This document shows, piece after piece, positions 8,674 through 17,221 of a stretch of DNA of 20,989 bases. The notes beneath the pieces are model-generated. The model was given only the letters and a program-made list of their open reading frames with translations. It was not told the origin of the DNA and did not search any database. The DNA comes from an uncultured bacterium (lineage in GTDB: Bacteria > Cyanobacteriota > Cyanobacteriia > Cyanobacteriales > Aerosakkonemataceae). Made by a program: the position numbers and the translations under genes. The stretch covers positions 1 to 20,989 of the forward strand of contig CAYXCW010000132.1 of NCBI GenBank assembly GCA_964463555.1, given 5' to 3'. The first letter of the stretch is position 1; each line of letters begins with the position of its first letter.

Positions 8674-11600
8674 ATGGCAGATAATATTGCAATTGTGGCT
8701 GGATATGCCATCCTGAAAAAAATTCATCAAGGAAGCAGAACATTAGTTTATCGAGGAGTGCGCGATCGCGACCAAAAACCCGTCATTATAAAGCTACTTA
8801 AAAACGAATATCCTACCTTCAGCGAACTGGTACAATTTCGCAATCAGTATACAATTACCAAAAACCTGGACATACCAGGAATTGTGAAACCTTTAGCTTT
8901 AGAAAAATATGGCAATGGTTACGTGCTAGTGATGGAAGACTCTGGGGATGTTTCCCTATCAGATTATATGGCTAATTTGGGGGAAAACCAGTCAGATAAT
9001 AGCTTAGCGGTTGATAAATTTTTGCCTATAGGGATCGAGATTGCAAAAATCTTGTCAGGACTCTATACAGAGCGAATTATTCACAAAGATATTAAACCTA
9101 GTAATATTCTGATTAATCCAGAAACAAAGCAGGTAAAACTGATTGACTTCGGCATCGCCTCATTATTGCCTAAAGAAAACAGCGAAATTGCTAATCCCAA
9201 GGTTTTAGAAGGAACGTTAGCGTATATTTCTCCGGAACAAACCGGCAGGATGAATCGCTGTGTTGATTATCGCACGGACTTCTACTCGCTGGGGGTGACG
9301 TTCTACGAATTACTAACCGGACAACTGCCATTTAATGCTGCCGATGCGATGGAGTTAGTTCACTGTCATATAGCTAAAATTCCTCAATCGCCAATAGAGA
9401 TAAATTCAGCAATTCCTCAAGTGGTTTCTGATATTGTAATGAAATTAATGTCGAAAACCGCTGAATTGAGATATCAGAGTGCTTTTGGGCTGGGATATGA
9501 CCTGGAAATTTGCTGGAAAAATTGGCAAGAGAAGGGCAGAATTGACCGATTTATTTTAGGGGAGAGAGATGTATGCGATCGCTTCCTCATCCCTGAAAAA
9601 CTCTACGGCAGAGAAACCGAAGTCGCTACACTATTAAATGCCTTCGATCGAGTCAGCAATCCCCCCCTTGCCAAGGGGGGGATAGAAATCATGTTAGTGG
9701 CGGGATTTTCTGGCATTGGTAAAACTGCTGTAGTCAATGAAGTTCACAAACCGATTGTCCGCCAAAGTGGTTACTTCATCAAAGGGAAATTTGACCAATT
9801 CAAACGCGATATTCCCTTCTCGGCTTGGGTGCAAGCATTTCAGAATTTGATGCGGCAATTACTGACTGAAAGCGCTGCCGATGTGCAGAAATGGCGAGCC
9901 AAAATCTTAGAGGCTTTGGGTGAAAATGGTCAAGTCATTATTGATGTCATTCCCGAACTAGAACACCTGATTGGCAAGCAGCCAGAGGTTCCAGAATTAG
10001 AAGGAAATGCCGCCCAAAATCGCTTCAACTTACTGTTTGGTAAATTTATCCGATTGTTTGCCACAAAAGAGCATCCTTTAGCGATATTCTTGGATGACTT
10101 GCAGTGGGCAGATTCGGCTTCATTGAAGCTGATACAATTGTTGATGAGCGAGACGGATAGCAGCTATATATTATTAATCGGAGCATACCGGAATAACGAA
10201 GTTTTCGCTGCCCATCCCCTCATGCTAACCTTGGATGAGATTCGCAAACAGTCAGTAACAGTCAATCAAATTACTTTAGCACCCCTAGACCAACTTGCCC
10301 TAAATCGCCTGATTGCCGATACCCTGAGTTGTCCATTAGAAACAGCATTTCCTTTGACAGAACTGGTATTCGCTAAAACCAAAGGCAATCCTTTTTTTGC
10401 AACGCAATTCCTCAAGTCTCTGCATGAGGATGGGTTAATTTCATTTGATTTTAGTTGCGGGTATTGGCAGTGCGATATTGCTCAAGTCAGGGCGCTGGCA
10501 TTGACTGATGATGTAGTTGAATTTATGGCGATTCAGCTACAAAAATTGCCTCTAAATACGCAGGATGTTTTAAAGCTTGCAGCTTGTATAGGCAACTCTT
10601 TTGACTTGGCAACCCTAGCAATAGTTTATGAAAAATCTCAAGCAGAAACGGCGGCTGACTTATGGAAAGCATTGCAAGAAGGATTGGTAATTCCCCGCAC
10701 TGAAGTATACAAGTTCTTTCACGATTCTGAATCAGTTGAAGTTGTACCAGCATCTGATTTATCAGTTACATATAAATTTTTACATGACCGAGTACAACAA
10801 GCGGCATATTTTTTAATTCCCGAATCCCAGAAACAGTTAACTCATTTAAAAATTGGGCAACTGCTGTTAAACAACACCTCTCAAGCAGAAATAGAAGAGA
10901 AAATTTTTGATATTGCCAACCAATTGAATATCGGGGCGGAGTTAATTACCCATCAGAATGAGAAAGATGAACTAGCTCAATTAAATCTTATTGCTGGACG
11001 CAAAGCTAAAGCGTCTACAGCTTATGCAGCTGCTCTCAAATATTTGACTATAGGCGTACAAATTCTAGCTAATTCTAGTTGGCAAACCCACTATGAACTG
11101 ACATTATCACTGTATAATGAAGCCGCAGAAGTGGCATTTTTAAACGGCAACTTTCAGCAGATGGAGGAATGGACTGATATTGTCATCAAACAAGCCACAA
11201 TTATTCTAGACAAGGTGAAAGTTTATCAAGTCAAAATTCAAGCTTGTATGGCACTCAACCAGCAACTTGAAGCCGTTAATATCGCCTTACCAATTCTGAA
11301 ATTATTGGGGGTGGAGTTTCCTCAAAAACCCAGCGATTCAGATGTTCAGCTAGCACTGGAGGAAACCAAGTCAAATTTGAGTGGCAAGCGAATTGAAGGC
11401 TTAATTGACTTGCCTCAAATGACAAACCCTGAGAAGCTAGCAGCGATGAAAATTCTAGCGAGTGTATTTTCTGCTGCGTTTCAAGCTATTCCAGAAATGT
11501 TTCCCCTGATTGTGTGCAAACAGGTTAATTTATCCCTTGAATATGGGAATGATTCGGGATCGGCTTTTGCTTATGCTACCTACGCATTAATTCTCTGTGG

Positions 11601-14289
11601 AATTGTGGGAGATATTGAATCTGGCTATCAAGTTGGTAAACTGGCTCTAGGTCTGCTAAACCGGGCAAATGCTAAAGAAGTTAAAACTAGAACGATGCAA
11701 ATAGTTTATAGCTTCGTCATCCATTGGCAAGAGCATCTTAATCAAACAATACAACCTTTACAAGCAGCTTATCAACATGGATTGGAAATTGGAGATGTAG
11801 AATATGCTGCCTATTGTGGAGCAGTTTACTGTCTCCATGCCTTTTTTATTGGTAAAGAACTTAGTATTTTAGAGCAAGAGATGGTAACTTACAGTGAAGC
11901 GATCGCTCACCTCAAGCAAGAAACAGCATTAAATTATCATCAAGTTTATCAACAGTTTGTAGAAAATTTATTAGGTAATTGCGTTAATCCCTGCCAGTTG
12001 ATTGGTGAGAGTTACAACGAAGATAAGATGCTGCCACTGCATCTAAAACTCAAGGATAAAACAGCAATTTCTTATTTATATTTTAACAAAAGTCTTCTTT
12101 GTTATTTGTTTGGGGAGTTAGAGGAGGCTGCTAAATTTATCGCCCTAGCCGAACAGTATTTAAATGGATTAACTGCAACCATCAATATTCCTTTGTTTTA
12201 CTTTTACGATTCTATAATCAAGTTTGCTGTATACAAAAATAATTCAAAAACTGAGCAAAATGATATTCTTAATAAGGTAAAAAACAATCAGGATAAAATT
12301 AAAAAATGGGCAGATTATAGTCCGAACAATTATTTACATAAATTTTATTTAGTTGCAGCGGAAAAGCATCGGATTCTAGGGGAAACTATTGAGGCTATAG
12401 AATGTTACGATCGTGCAATTCAACTCGCGCAAGAAAACAAATTTATTAACGAAGAAGCATTAGCTCACGAACTTGCGGCTAAATTCTATCTTTCCTGGGG
12501 TAAAGAAAAGATTGCCCAAGTCTATTTAACTGATGCTTACTATGCCTATGCTCGTTGGGGTGCTAAAGCTAAAGTTGAAGATTTAGAAAAGCGGTATCCC
12601 CAATTACTCGCTCCGATTCTGAACCAGAAAAATCACCTAAATCCAAACGAAACAATTACCCAAATGTCGAGCGGAACGATCGCATCCACCAGTTCAGATG
12701 TATCAAACATTCTGGACTTAGCGACGGTGATTAAAGCTTCGCAATCGCTTTCAGGGGAAATCGATCTCAATCGGTTGCTTTCAACATTGATGCAAGTGAC
12801 GATCGAGAATGCCGGAGCGAATAAAGGCGCTTTGATTTGGGTAGAGGGAGATGCATTAACGATCGCAGCTCAATGTGCGATCGCTCAAGGCTGCCACCTA
12901 CAGTCTACTCCGATTGATAGCTCTCAAGATATTCCCATTACCCCGATCAATTATGTGTGGCGCACAGGGGAAACTTTAGTCATTAATGATGCTACTACTG
13001 AAACAACCTTTGCTGCCGATCCCTACATTATTCAACAGCAACCTAAATCGATTTTGTGCTTGCCAATTCAACACCAAGGAAAAGCGATCGCTCTGCTTTA
13101 TCTAGAAAACAATCTAATTACCGGAGCCTTTACCCCCGCCAGATTGGAACTTTTAAAAGTCCTATCTGCCCAAGCAGCAATATCGCTATCTAACGCACAA
13201 CTGTACGCCCAACTTAAGAAAAGCGAGAATTTACTAGCAGAATACAATCGCACTTTAGAACAACAAGTTGCCGAACGAACTCAAGAACTATCCCAAGCTC
13301 TGGAACAACTCAAAAATACCCAAGACGAACTGATTCAATCGGAAAAAATGGCAGCTTTGGGACAACTCGTGGCTGGTGTTGCTCACGAAGTAAATACACC
13401 CTTGGGAGCCATTACATCCTCAATTAAAAATATTGACAATTTTTGGAAAGATCGTTTAGATAACTTAACAGTAATTTCCCAAGAACTCTCTTCAGAAATT
13501 AAACCTTATTTTTTAGCATTGGTGCAAAAATCTAGCGAACAAAATCAAACTTTATCTACGCGAGAACAACGGCAAATTAAAAAAGCTTTAGCCGAACAGC
13601 TTAAAGCGCACCAAGTCGGAAATGAAACAGCGATCGCTAATACGTTATTAAATATTGGCATCTATGATAATGTAGAAAGCTTTCTGCCTCTGTTAAACCA
13701 CCCAGATAGCCAAAAAATTCTACAAATGGTCAACCAAATAGCCAACGTACAAATTAGCACTAAAACTATTATTACAGCTGCCGAACGAGCTGCTAAAGTA
13801 GTGTTTGCTCTGAAAACTTACGCTCGCTACGATAGCATGGGAGAAAAAGTCAGAGCCAATCTTATTACTGGGATTGAAACTATCTTAACTCTCTACCAAA
13901 ACCAAACTAAGCACGGTGTAGAGATTATCCGCAACTTTGACTATTCTATACCAGATATTTCCTGCTATTTTGACGAACTCAATCAAGTCTGGACAAATTT
14001 AATTCACAATGCCTTGCAAGCAATGGATTACAAAGGTAAATTAACGATTGATGCGACTAAGCAAGAAAATCAAATTCACATCGCCATTACCGATAGCGGT
14101 ACGGGGATTCCTCCAGAAATTATGCCCAAAATATTTCAGCCTTTCTTTACGACTAAACCTGCTGGGGAAGGCAGCGGTTTGGGTTTAGACATTGTCCGGA
14201 AGATTGTTGAGAAACATGGGGGCAAAATCTCCGTGGAGTCTGTACCGGGTAAAACTACGTTTACCGTATCTTTACCGATAAACAGCTAA
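8674..14289 (+). CDS. HstK-type multidomain sensor (1871 aa). N-terminal Ser/Thr kinase domain, then a P-loop NTPase (AAA/STAND-like), a long helical/TPR-like region, a GAF domain, and a histidine kinase (HisKA plus HATPase_c).
   Basis: Kinase: VIIKLLK, HKDIKPSNIL, KLIDFGIA, AYISPEQ. NTPase: Walker A GFSGIGKT and Walker B IFLDDLQWAD. GAF-like segment around aa 1345-1500 (...LYLENNL...). H-box: VAGVAHEVNTPLGAI. HATPase G-boxes: DSGTGIPPEIMPKIFQPFFTTK and GSGLGLDIV. SD-like taaGGAAat lies before the ATG. Confidence 0.93.
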   Translation: MADNIAIVAGYAILKKIHQGSRTLVYRGVRDRDQKPVIIKLLKNEYPTFSELVQFRNQYTITKNLDIPGIVKPLALEKYGNGYVLVMEDSGDVSLSDYMANLGENQSDNSLAVDKFLPIGIEIAKILSGLYTERIIHKDIKPSNILINPETKQVKLIDFGIASLLPKENSEIANPKVLEGTLAYISPEQTGRMNRCVDYRTDFYSLGVTFYELLTGQLPFNAADAMELVHCHIAKIPQSPIEINSAIPQVVSDIVMKLMSKTAELRYQSAFGLGYDLEICWKNWQEKGRIDRFILGERDVCDRFLIPEKLYGRETEVATLLNAFDRVSNPPLAKGGIEIMLVAGFSGIGKTAVVNEVHKPIVRQSGYFIKGKFDQFKRDIPFSAWVQAFQNLMRQLLTESAADVQKWRAKILEALGENGQVIIDVIPELEHLIGKQPEVPELEGNAAQNRFNLLFGKFIRLFATKEHPLAIFLDDLQWADSASLKLIQLLMSETDSSYILLIGAYRNNEVFAAHPLMLTLDEIRKQSVTVNQITLAPLDQLALNRLIADTLSCPLETAFPLTELVFAKTKGNPFFATQFLKSLHEDGLISFDFSCGYWQCDIAQVRALALTDDVVEFMAIQLQKLPLNTQDVLKLAACIGNSFDLATLAIVYEKSQAETAADLWKALQEGLVIPRTEVYKFFHDSESVEVVPASDLSVTYKFLHDRVQQAAYFLIPESQKQLTHLKIGQLLLNNTSQAEIEEKIFDIANQLNIGAELITHQNEKDELAQLNLIAGRKAKASTAYAAALKYLTIGVQILANSSWQTHYELTLSLYNEAAEVAFLNGNFQQMEEWTDIVIKQATIILDKVKVYQVKIQACMALNQQLEAVNIALPILKLLGVEFPQKPSDSDVQLALEETKSNLSGKRIEGLIDLPQMTNPEKLAAMKILASVFSAAFQAIPEMFPLIVCKQVNLSLEYGNDSGSAFAYATYALILCGIVGDIESGYQVGKLALGLLNRANAKEVKTRTMQIVYSFVIHWQEHLNQTIQPLQAAYQHGLEIGDVEYAAYCGAVYCLHAFFIGKELSILEQEMVTYSEAIAHLKQETALNYHQVYQQFVENLLGNCVNPCQLIGESYNEDKMLPLHLKLKDKTAISYLYFNKSLLCYLFGELEEAAKFIALAEQYLNGLTATINIPLFYFYDSIIKFAVYKNNSKTEQNDILNKVKNNQDKIKKWADYSPNNYLHKFYLVAAEKHRILGETIEAIECYDRAIQLAQENKFINEEALAHELAAKFYLSWGKEKIAQVYLTDAYYAYARWGAKAKVEDLEKRYPQLLAPILNQKNHLNPNETITQMSSGTIASTSSDVSNILDLATVIKASQSLSGEIDLNRLLSTLMQVTIENAGANKGALIWVEGDALTIAAQCAIAQGCHLQSTPIDSSQDIPITPINYVWRTGETLVINDATTETTFAADPYIIQQQPKSILCLPIQHQGKAIALLYLENNLITGAFTPARLELLKVLSAQAAISLSNAQLYAQLKKSENLLAEYNRTLEQQVAERTQELSQALEQLKNTQDELIQSEKMAALGQLVAGVAHEVNTPLGAITSSIKNIDNFWKDRLDNLTVISQELSSEIKPYFLALVQKSSEQNQTLSTREQRQIKKALAEQLKAHQVGNETAIANTLLNIGIYDNVESFLPLLNHPDSQKILQMVNQIANVQISTKTIITAAERAAKVVFALKTYARYDSMGEKVRANLITGIETILTLYQNQTKHGVEIIRNFDYSIPDISCYFDELNQVWTNLIHNALQAMDYKGKLTIDATKQENQIHIAITDSGTGIPPEIMPKIFQPFFTTKPAGEGSGLGLDIVRKIVEKHGGKISVESVPGKTTFTVSLPINS
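9661..9681. repeat. Single copy of the 21 bp hairpin element CCCCCCC-TTGCCAA-GGGGGGG, inserted in frame in the sensor-kinase gene. It encodes PPLAKGG between the kinase domain and the Walker A motif.
   Basis: It is identical to the core of the 39 bp unit of the 6385-6645 array, 3.3 kb upstream in a different gene. The flanking residues (DRVSN..IEIMLVAGFSGIGKT) fit the usual linker of this protein family. Confidence 0.8.
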
Positions 14290-14320
14290 AAACCCAACAA
14301 TAAAGTGAGGAGTTTAAAAT

Positions 14321-14716
14321 ATGTCAGAAGCAGTAATTTTATGCGTCGATGATGAAGCAATAGTTCTCAAAAGTTTGTCGATAGAGCTGCAAAATGCATT
14401 TGAGGATAGCTATATTTATGAATTTGCCGAAAGCCCAGATGAAGCATTAGAAATAATTGAGGAATTCCATGAAGATAAAATTCGCATTCTTTTAATCGTC
14501 TCAGATTGGCTGATGCCAGGAATGAAAGGAGATGAATTTTTAATCCGCGTACATGAAAGATATCCAAATATTGTCAAAATTATGCTAACGGGACAAGCTG
14601 ATGAAGCAGCAGTAGAACGTGCCAAAAAAGACGCCAATCTTTATCAATGCTTGCGAAAACCTTGGAAGTCTCAAGAATTAATTGAAACGATTCGTTCTGC
14701 TTTAGCAAAATTATGA
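14321..14716 (+). CDS. Stand-alone response-regulator receiver (CheY-like REC) protein
   Basis: 131 aa. Acidic pocket VDDE, phospho-acceptor Asp in LIVSDWLMPGMKG, Thr in KIMLTGQAD, Lys in LRKPW. Strong SD GTGAGGAG lies 8 nt before the ATG. Confidence 0.92.
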   Translation: MSEAVILCVDDEAIVLKSLSIELQNAFEDSYIYEFAESPDEALEIIEEFHEDKIRILLIVSDWLMPGMKGDEFLIRVHERYPNIVKIMLTGQADEAAVERAKKDANLYQCLRKPWKSQELIETIRSALAKL

Positions 14717-16020
14717 ATCAAGTTGCCATTACAATTATCTGCGTCGATGACGATCTAACTGTTTTAAACAGTCTGAAAATAGAGCTAGAAAACAATTTTG
14801 GCGAACAATACGTCATCGAATTGGCTCAAGATGGGGAAGAAGCTTTAGAGATATTCGCCGAATTAATGGATAATGGGTACGAAATCCCCATAGTAATTTC
14901 CGACTATATTATGCCAGGGATGAAAGGGGATGAGTTACTTCGATGCATTCATGCTATTTCCCCTAAAACGCTCAAAATTATGCTGACTGGACAAGCAGAT
15001 ATAGAAGCGATGGGTAATGCGATTAATTATGCTAATTTGTATCGCTTTATTACTAAGCCTTGGCACGATAAAGATTTAGTTTTAACGGTGAAAGAAGCTA
15101 TTAATAGCTATTTTAACGAGAAAGCATTGGCAGATAAAACCACCAAGCTTTTAAAAATCAATCGCGAATTAGAGCGATTAAATCAAGCTTTTTCTCGCTT
15201 TGTTCCCAAGCAATTTCTAAAATTATTGAATAAATCTAGTATTGTTGAAATTGAATTAGGCGACGCGGTGCAGCAAAATATGTCAATATTATTTGCTGAT
15301 ATTCGCGATTTTACCAAGCTCTCGGAAAAGATGACTCCCAATGAAAATTTTAAATTTATCAACTCTTATTTAAGTTGCATGGAACCAGCCATTATTGAAA
15401 ATGGTGGATTTATTGATAAATATATTGGCGATGCAATTATGGCGCTTTTTCCTGAGAGTGCCGACGATGCTCTGAAAGCGGCAATTGGTATGCTGACTGC
15501 CTTAAATGAGTACAATCAAGACCGTCAAACTATTGGCTATCCCTCAATTAGAATTGGCATTGGAATCAATACAGGTTTGCTGATGCTGGGAACTGTAGGC
15601 GGAAAAAGTCGCATGGATGGTACGGGGATTGGTGATGCGGTAAATTTGGCTTCTCGCGTCGAATCTCTAACTAAAGATTACGGGGTGTCGCTGTTAATTA
15701 CGCAACAAACTTTTGAACTATTGCAAGATCCAAATCGGTACGCACTGCGCCTAATTGACCGAGTCCAAGTTAAAGGGAAATCTGAATTGGTCACAGTTTA
15801 TGAAGTATTTGAAACCGATCTACCTACGATCAGAGAAGCAAAGTTAGCAAATAAGACAAAATTTGAAGAAGCCTGGTTACTTTATAATCAGGCTTCTTTT
15901 CCAGCAGCAGCAAAATTGTTTAGGCATTGCTTGTGCCAAAATCCGGGCGATCGCGTGGCGCAAATTTATCTCGAACGCTGTCAAAATAATTTTAACTATC
16001 ATCTAGATGAAGCTGTTTGA
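14713..16020 (+). CDS. Response-regulator receiver fused to a class III nucleotidyl (adenylate/guanylate) cyclase catalytic domain
   Basis: 435 aa. The N-terminal REC is paralogous to the preceding gene (VDDD, VISDYIMPGMKG, KIMLTGQAD, ITKPW). The cyclase motifs are FADIRDFT, YIGDAIMALF, IGIGINTG and GIGDAVNLASRVE. Its start overlaps the upstream stop in ATGA (14713-14716), consistent with translational coupling. Confidence 0.92.
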   Translation: MNQVAITIICVDDDLTVLNSLKIELENNFGEQYVIELAQDGEEALEIFAELMDNGYEIPIVISDYIMPGMKGDELLRCIHAISPKTLKIMLTGQADIEAMGNAINYANLYRFITKPWHDKDLVLTVKEAINSYFNEKALADKTTKLLKINRELERLNQAFSRFVPKQFLKLLNKSSIVEIELGDAVQQNMSILFADIRDFTKLSEKMTPNENFKFINSYLSCMEPAIIENGGFIDKYIGDAIMALFPESADDALKAAIGMLTALNEYNQDRQTIGYPSIRIGIGINTGLLMLGTVGGKSRMDGTGIGDAVNLASRVESLTKDYGVSLLITQQTFELLQDPNRYALRLIDRVQVKGKSELVTVYEVFETDLPTIREAKLANKTKFEEAWLLYNQASFPAAAKLFRHCLCQNPGDRVAQIYLERCQNNFNYHLDEAV

Positions 16021-16069
16021 AATTTGTTAATTGCTAATTGTTAATTGCTAATTGCTAATTGTCAATTGC
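16021..16069. repeat. Tandem heptamer array of 7 units (AATTTGT TAATTGC TAATTGT TAATTGC TAATTGC TAATTGT CAATTGC). It is a one-base variant of the GGTAATT family and starts directly after the cyclase stop codon.
   Basis: Read directly. It is roughly the inverted partner of the (ATTACC)n array at 16302-16322, on the far side of element B. Confidence 0.85.
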
Positions 16070-16099
16070 CTCCTCCAGCAGCAATTAGCTATGATCGCT

Positions 16100-16296
16100 T
16101 ATATCATGTCCGGTAGCATCGGTAGCTGCACGTCCGGGGCGGGTTTAAAAAATTCCTCGATGGCAGAAACCGGGTTTCTTAGTATATTTTAGTTTCCAAG
16201 TCGAAAATTAATCGATAGAAACCCGGTTTCTTTAGATAAAACCCGCCCCTACAACATTAAAAATTATACACAACCTATGCTCTTAGACATGATATA
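16100..16296. mobile_element. Copy B of the nested-palindrome element; MITE-like, with no coding capacity. Three layers of inverted repeats. Outermost, a terminal inverted repeat: TATATCATGTC (16100-16110) / GACATGATATA (16286-16296). Inside that, GGGGCGGGTTT (16136-16146) / AAACCCGCCCC (16240-16250). Innermost, AGAAACCGGGTTTCT (16165-16179) / AGAAACCCGGTTTCT (16217-16231).
   Basis: Seen directly. The 11 bp terminal inverted repeats are perfect. The element lies between convergent genes and is bracketed by inverted heptamer arrays. Confidence 0.65.
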
Positions 16297-16301
16297 ACTC
16301 C

Positions 16302-16322
16302 GATTACCAATTACCCATTACC
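16302..16322. repeat. (GATTACC AATTACC CATTACC) heptamer array, the complement orientation of GGTAATT. It is followed by the aactattgc motif also seen in the loop of the 1895-1978 hairpin.
   Basis: Read directly. Confidence 0.8.
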
Positions 16323-16325
16323 AAA

Positions 16326-17129
16326 CTATTGCAATTTCAAAAATTTCTCCAATGCTGCGACCATATTAGGAGGCCAACGACGGATATTTTTGACCCAATC
16401 TATATCTTTATAACGCGCGTCCAGTCCGACAGCCGCTACCCAGTTACTTTCTGCTTCGCCTTGCTTTCCTTCTACCCAAAGTGCAGCACTGAGAGCAGCT
16501 CGCACATCGGGGAACATGCTATATTTGCGAGCAATATTTTTCAACGTGCGAATCGCCTCTTGGTTTTGACCTGTTTGATACAATGCTAGGGCATAATTGG
16601 CTCTAGCAAAGGCGAAATTAGGGGCGATTTCTGTGGCTTTTTGGTAATCAGCGATCGCATCTTCCCAATTCCCTAACCCGGCGCTGGCATTTCCCCGGTT
16701 ATTATATGCCATTGCATCGTTGGGATTGATTTCCAAAACGCGATTGTAGTCGGCAATTGCTTCTGTAAATCTTCCCAATCCTTCTAACGCCGCACCGCGA
16801 TTTAAATAAGGATCGGCAGCATTAGGGGCGAGTTCTATTGATTGATTGAAATCGGCGATCGCATCTTCTAATTTATTCTGACTGGTTCGAGAATTTCCCC
16901 GATTGCTCCAAACCGCCGGATTTGTGGGAAATTTTTCGATTAACTGCGTCCAGTATGTTTCTGCTGTGGCAAAATCGCCTTTATCCGTCGCATCGAAGGC
17001 TTTCTGCGCCAGAGCATCCCCTGCTTGCAACTCTGCTTCTGTAATTGTGGGGGCTGTTTGAGTTTGCGCGATCGCAGGCATTCCCCATAGCAACAGAATG
17101 CTTACTAAAGTCAGAATTAAGCGTATCAT
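16326..17129 (-). CDS. Exported TPR-repeat protein
   Basis: 267 aa. Signal peptide MIRLILTLVSILLLWGMPAIAQTQ. Multiple 34-aa TPR units with the pattern A/P..N..A..NRG.A......A..DY..A...NP (e.g. AIADYNRVLEINPNDAMAYNNRGNA). Confidence 0.85.
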   Translation of the reverse strand: MIRLILTLVSILLLWGMPAIAQTQTAPTITEAELQAGDALAQKAFDATDKGDFATAETYWTQLIEKFPTNPAVWSNRGNSRTSQNKLEDAIADFNQSIELAPNAADPYLNRGAALEGLGRFTEAIADYNRVLEINPNDAMAYNNRGNASAGLGNWEDAIADYQKATEIAPNFAFARANYALALYQTGQNQEAIRTLKNIARKYSMFPDVRAALSAALWVEGKQGEAESNWVAAVGLDARYKDIDWVKNIRRWPPNMVAALEKFLKLQ

Positions 17130-17221
17130 TTATTAACCGCTGACTATCAACTGAGTTAATTTTATTTTCCCATACATTGTCTACCCGGTCAATTCGTTTT
17201 AAACTTTAAATAATAAATTTT

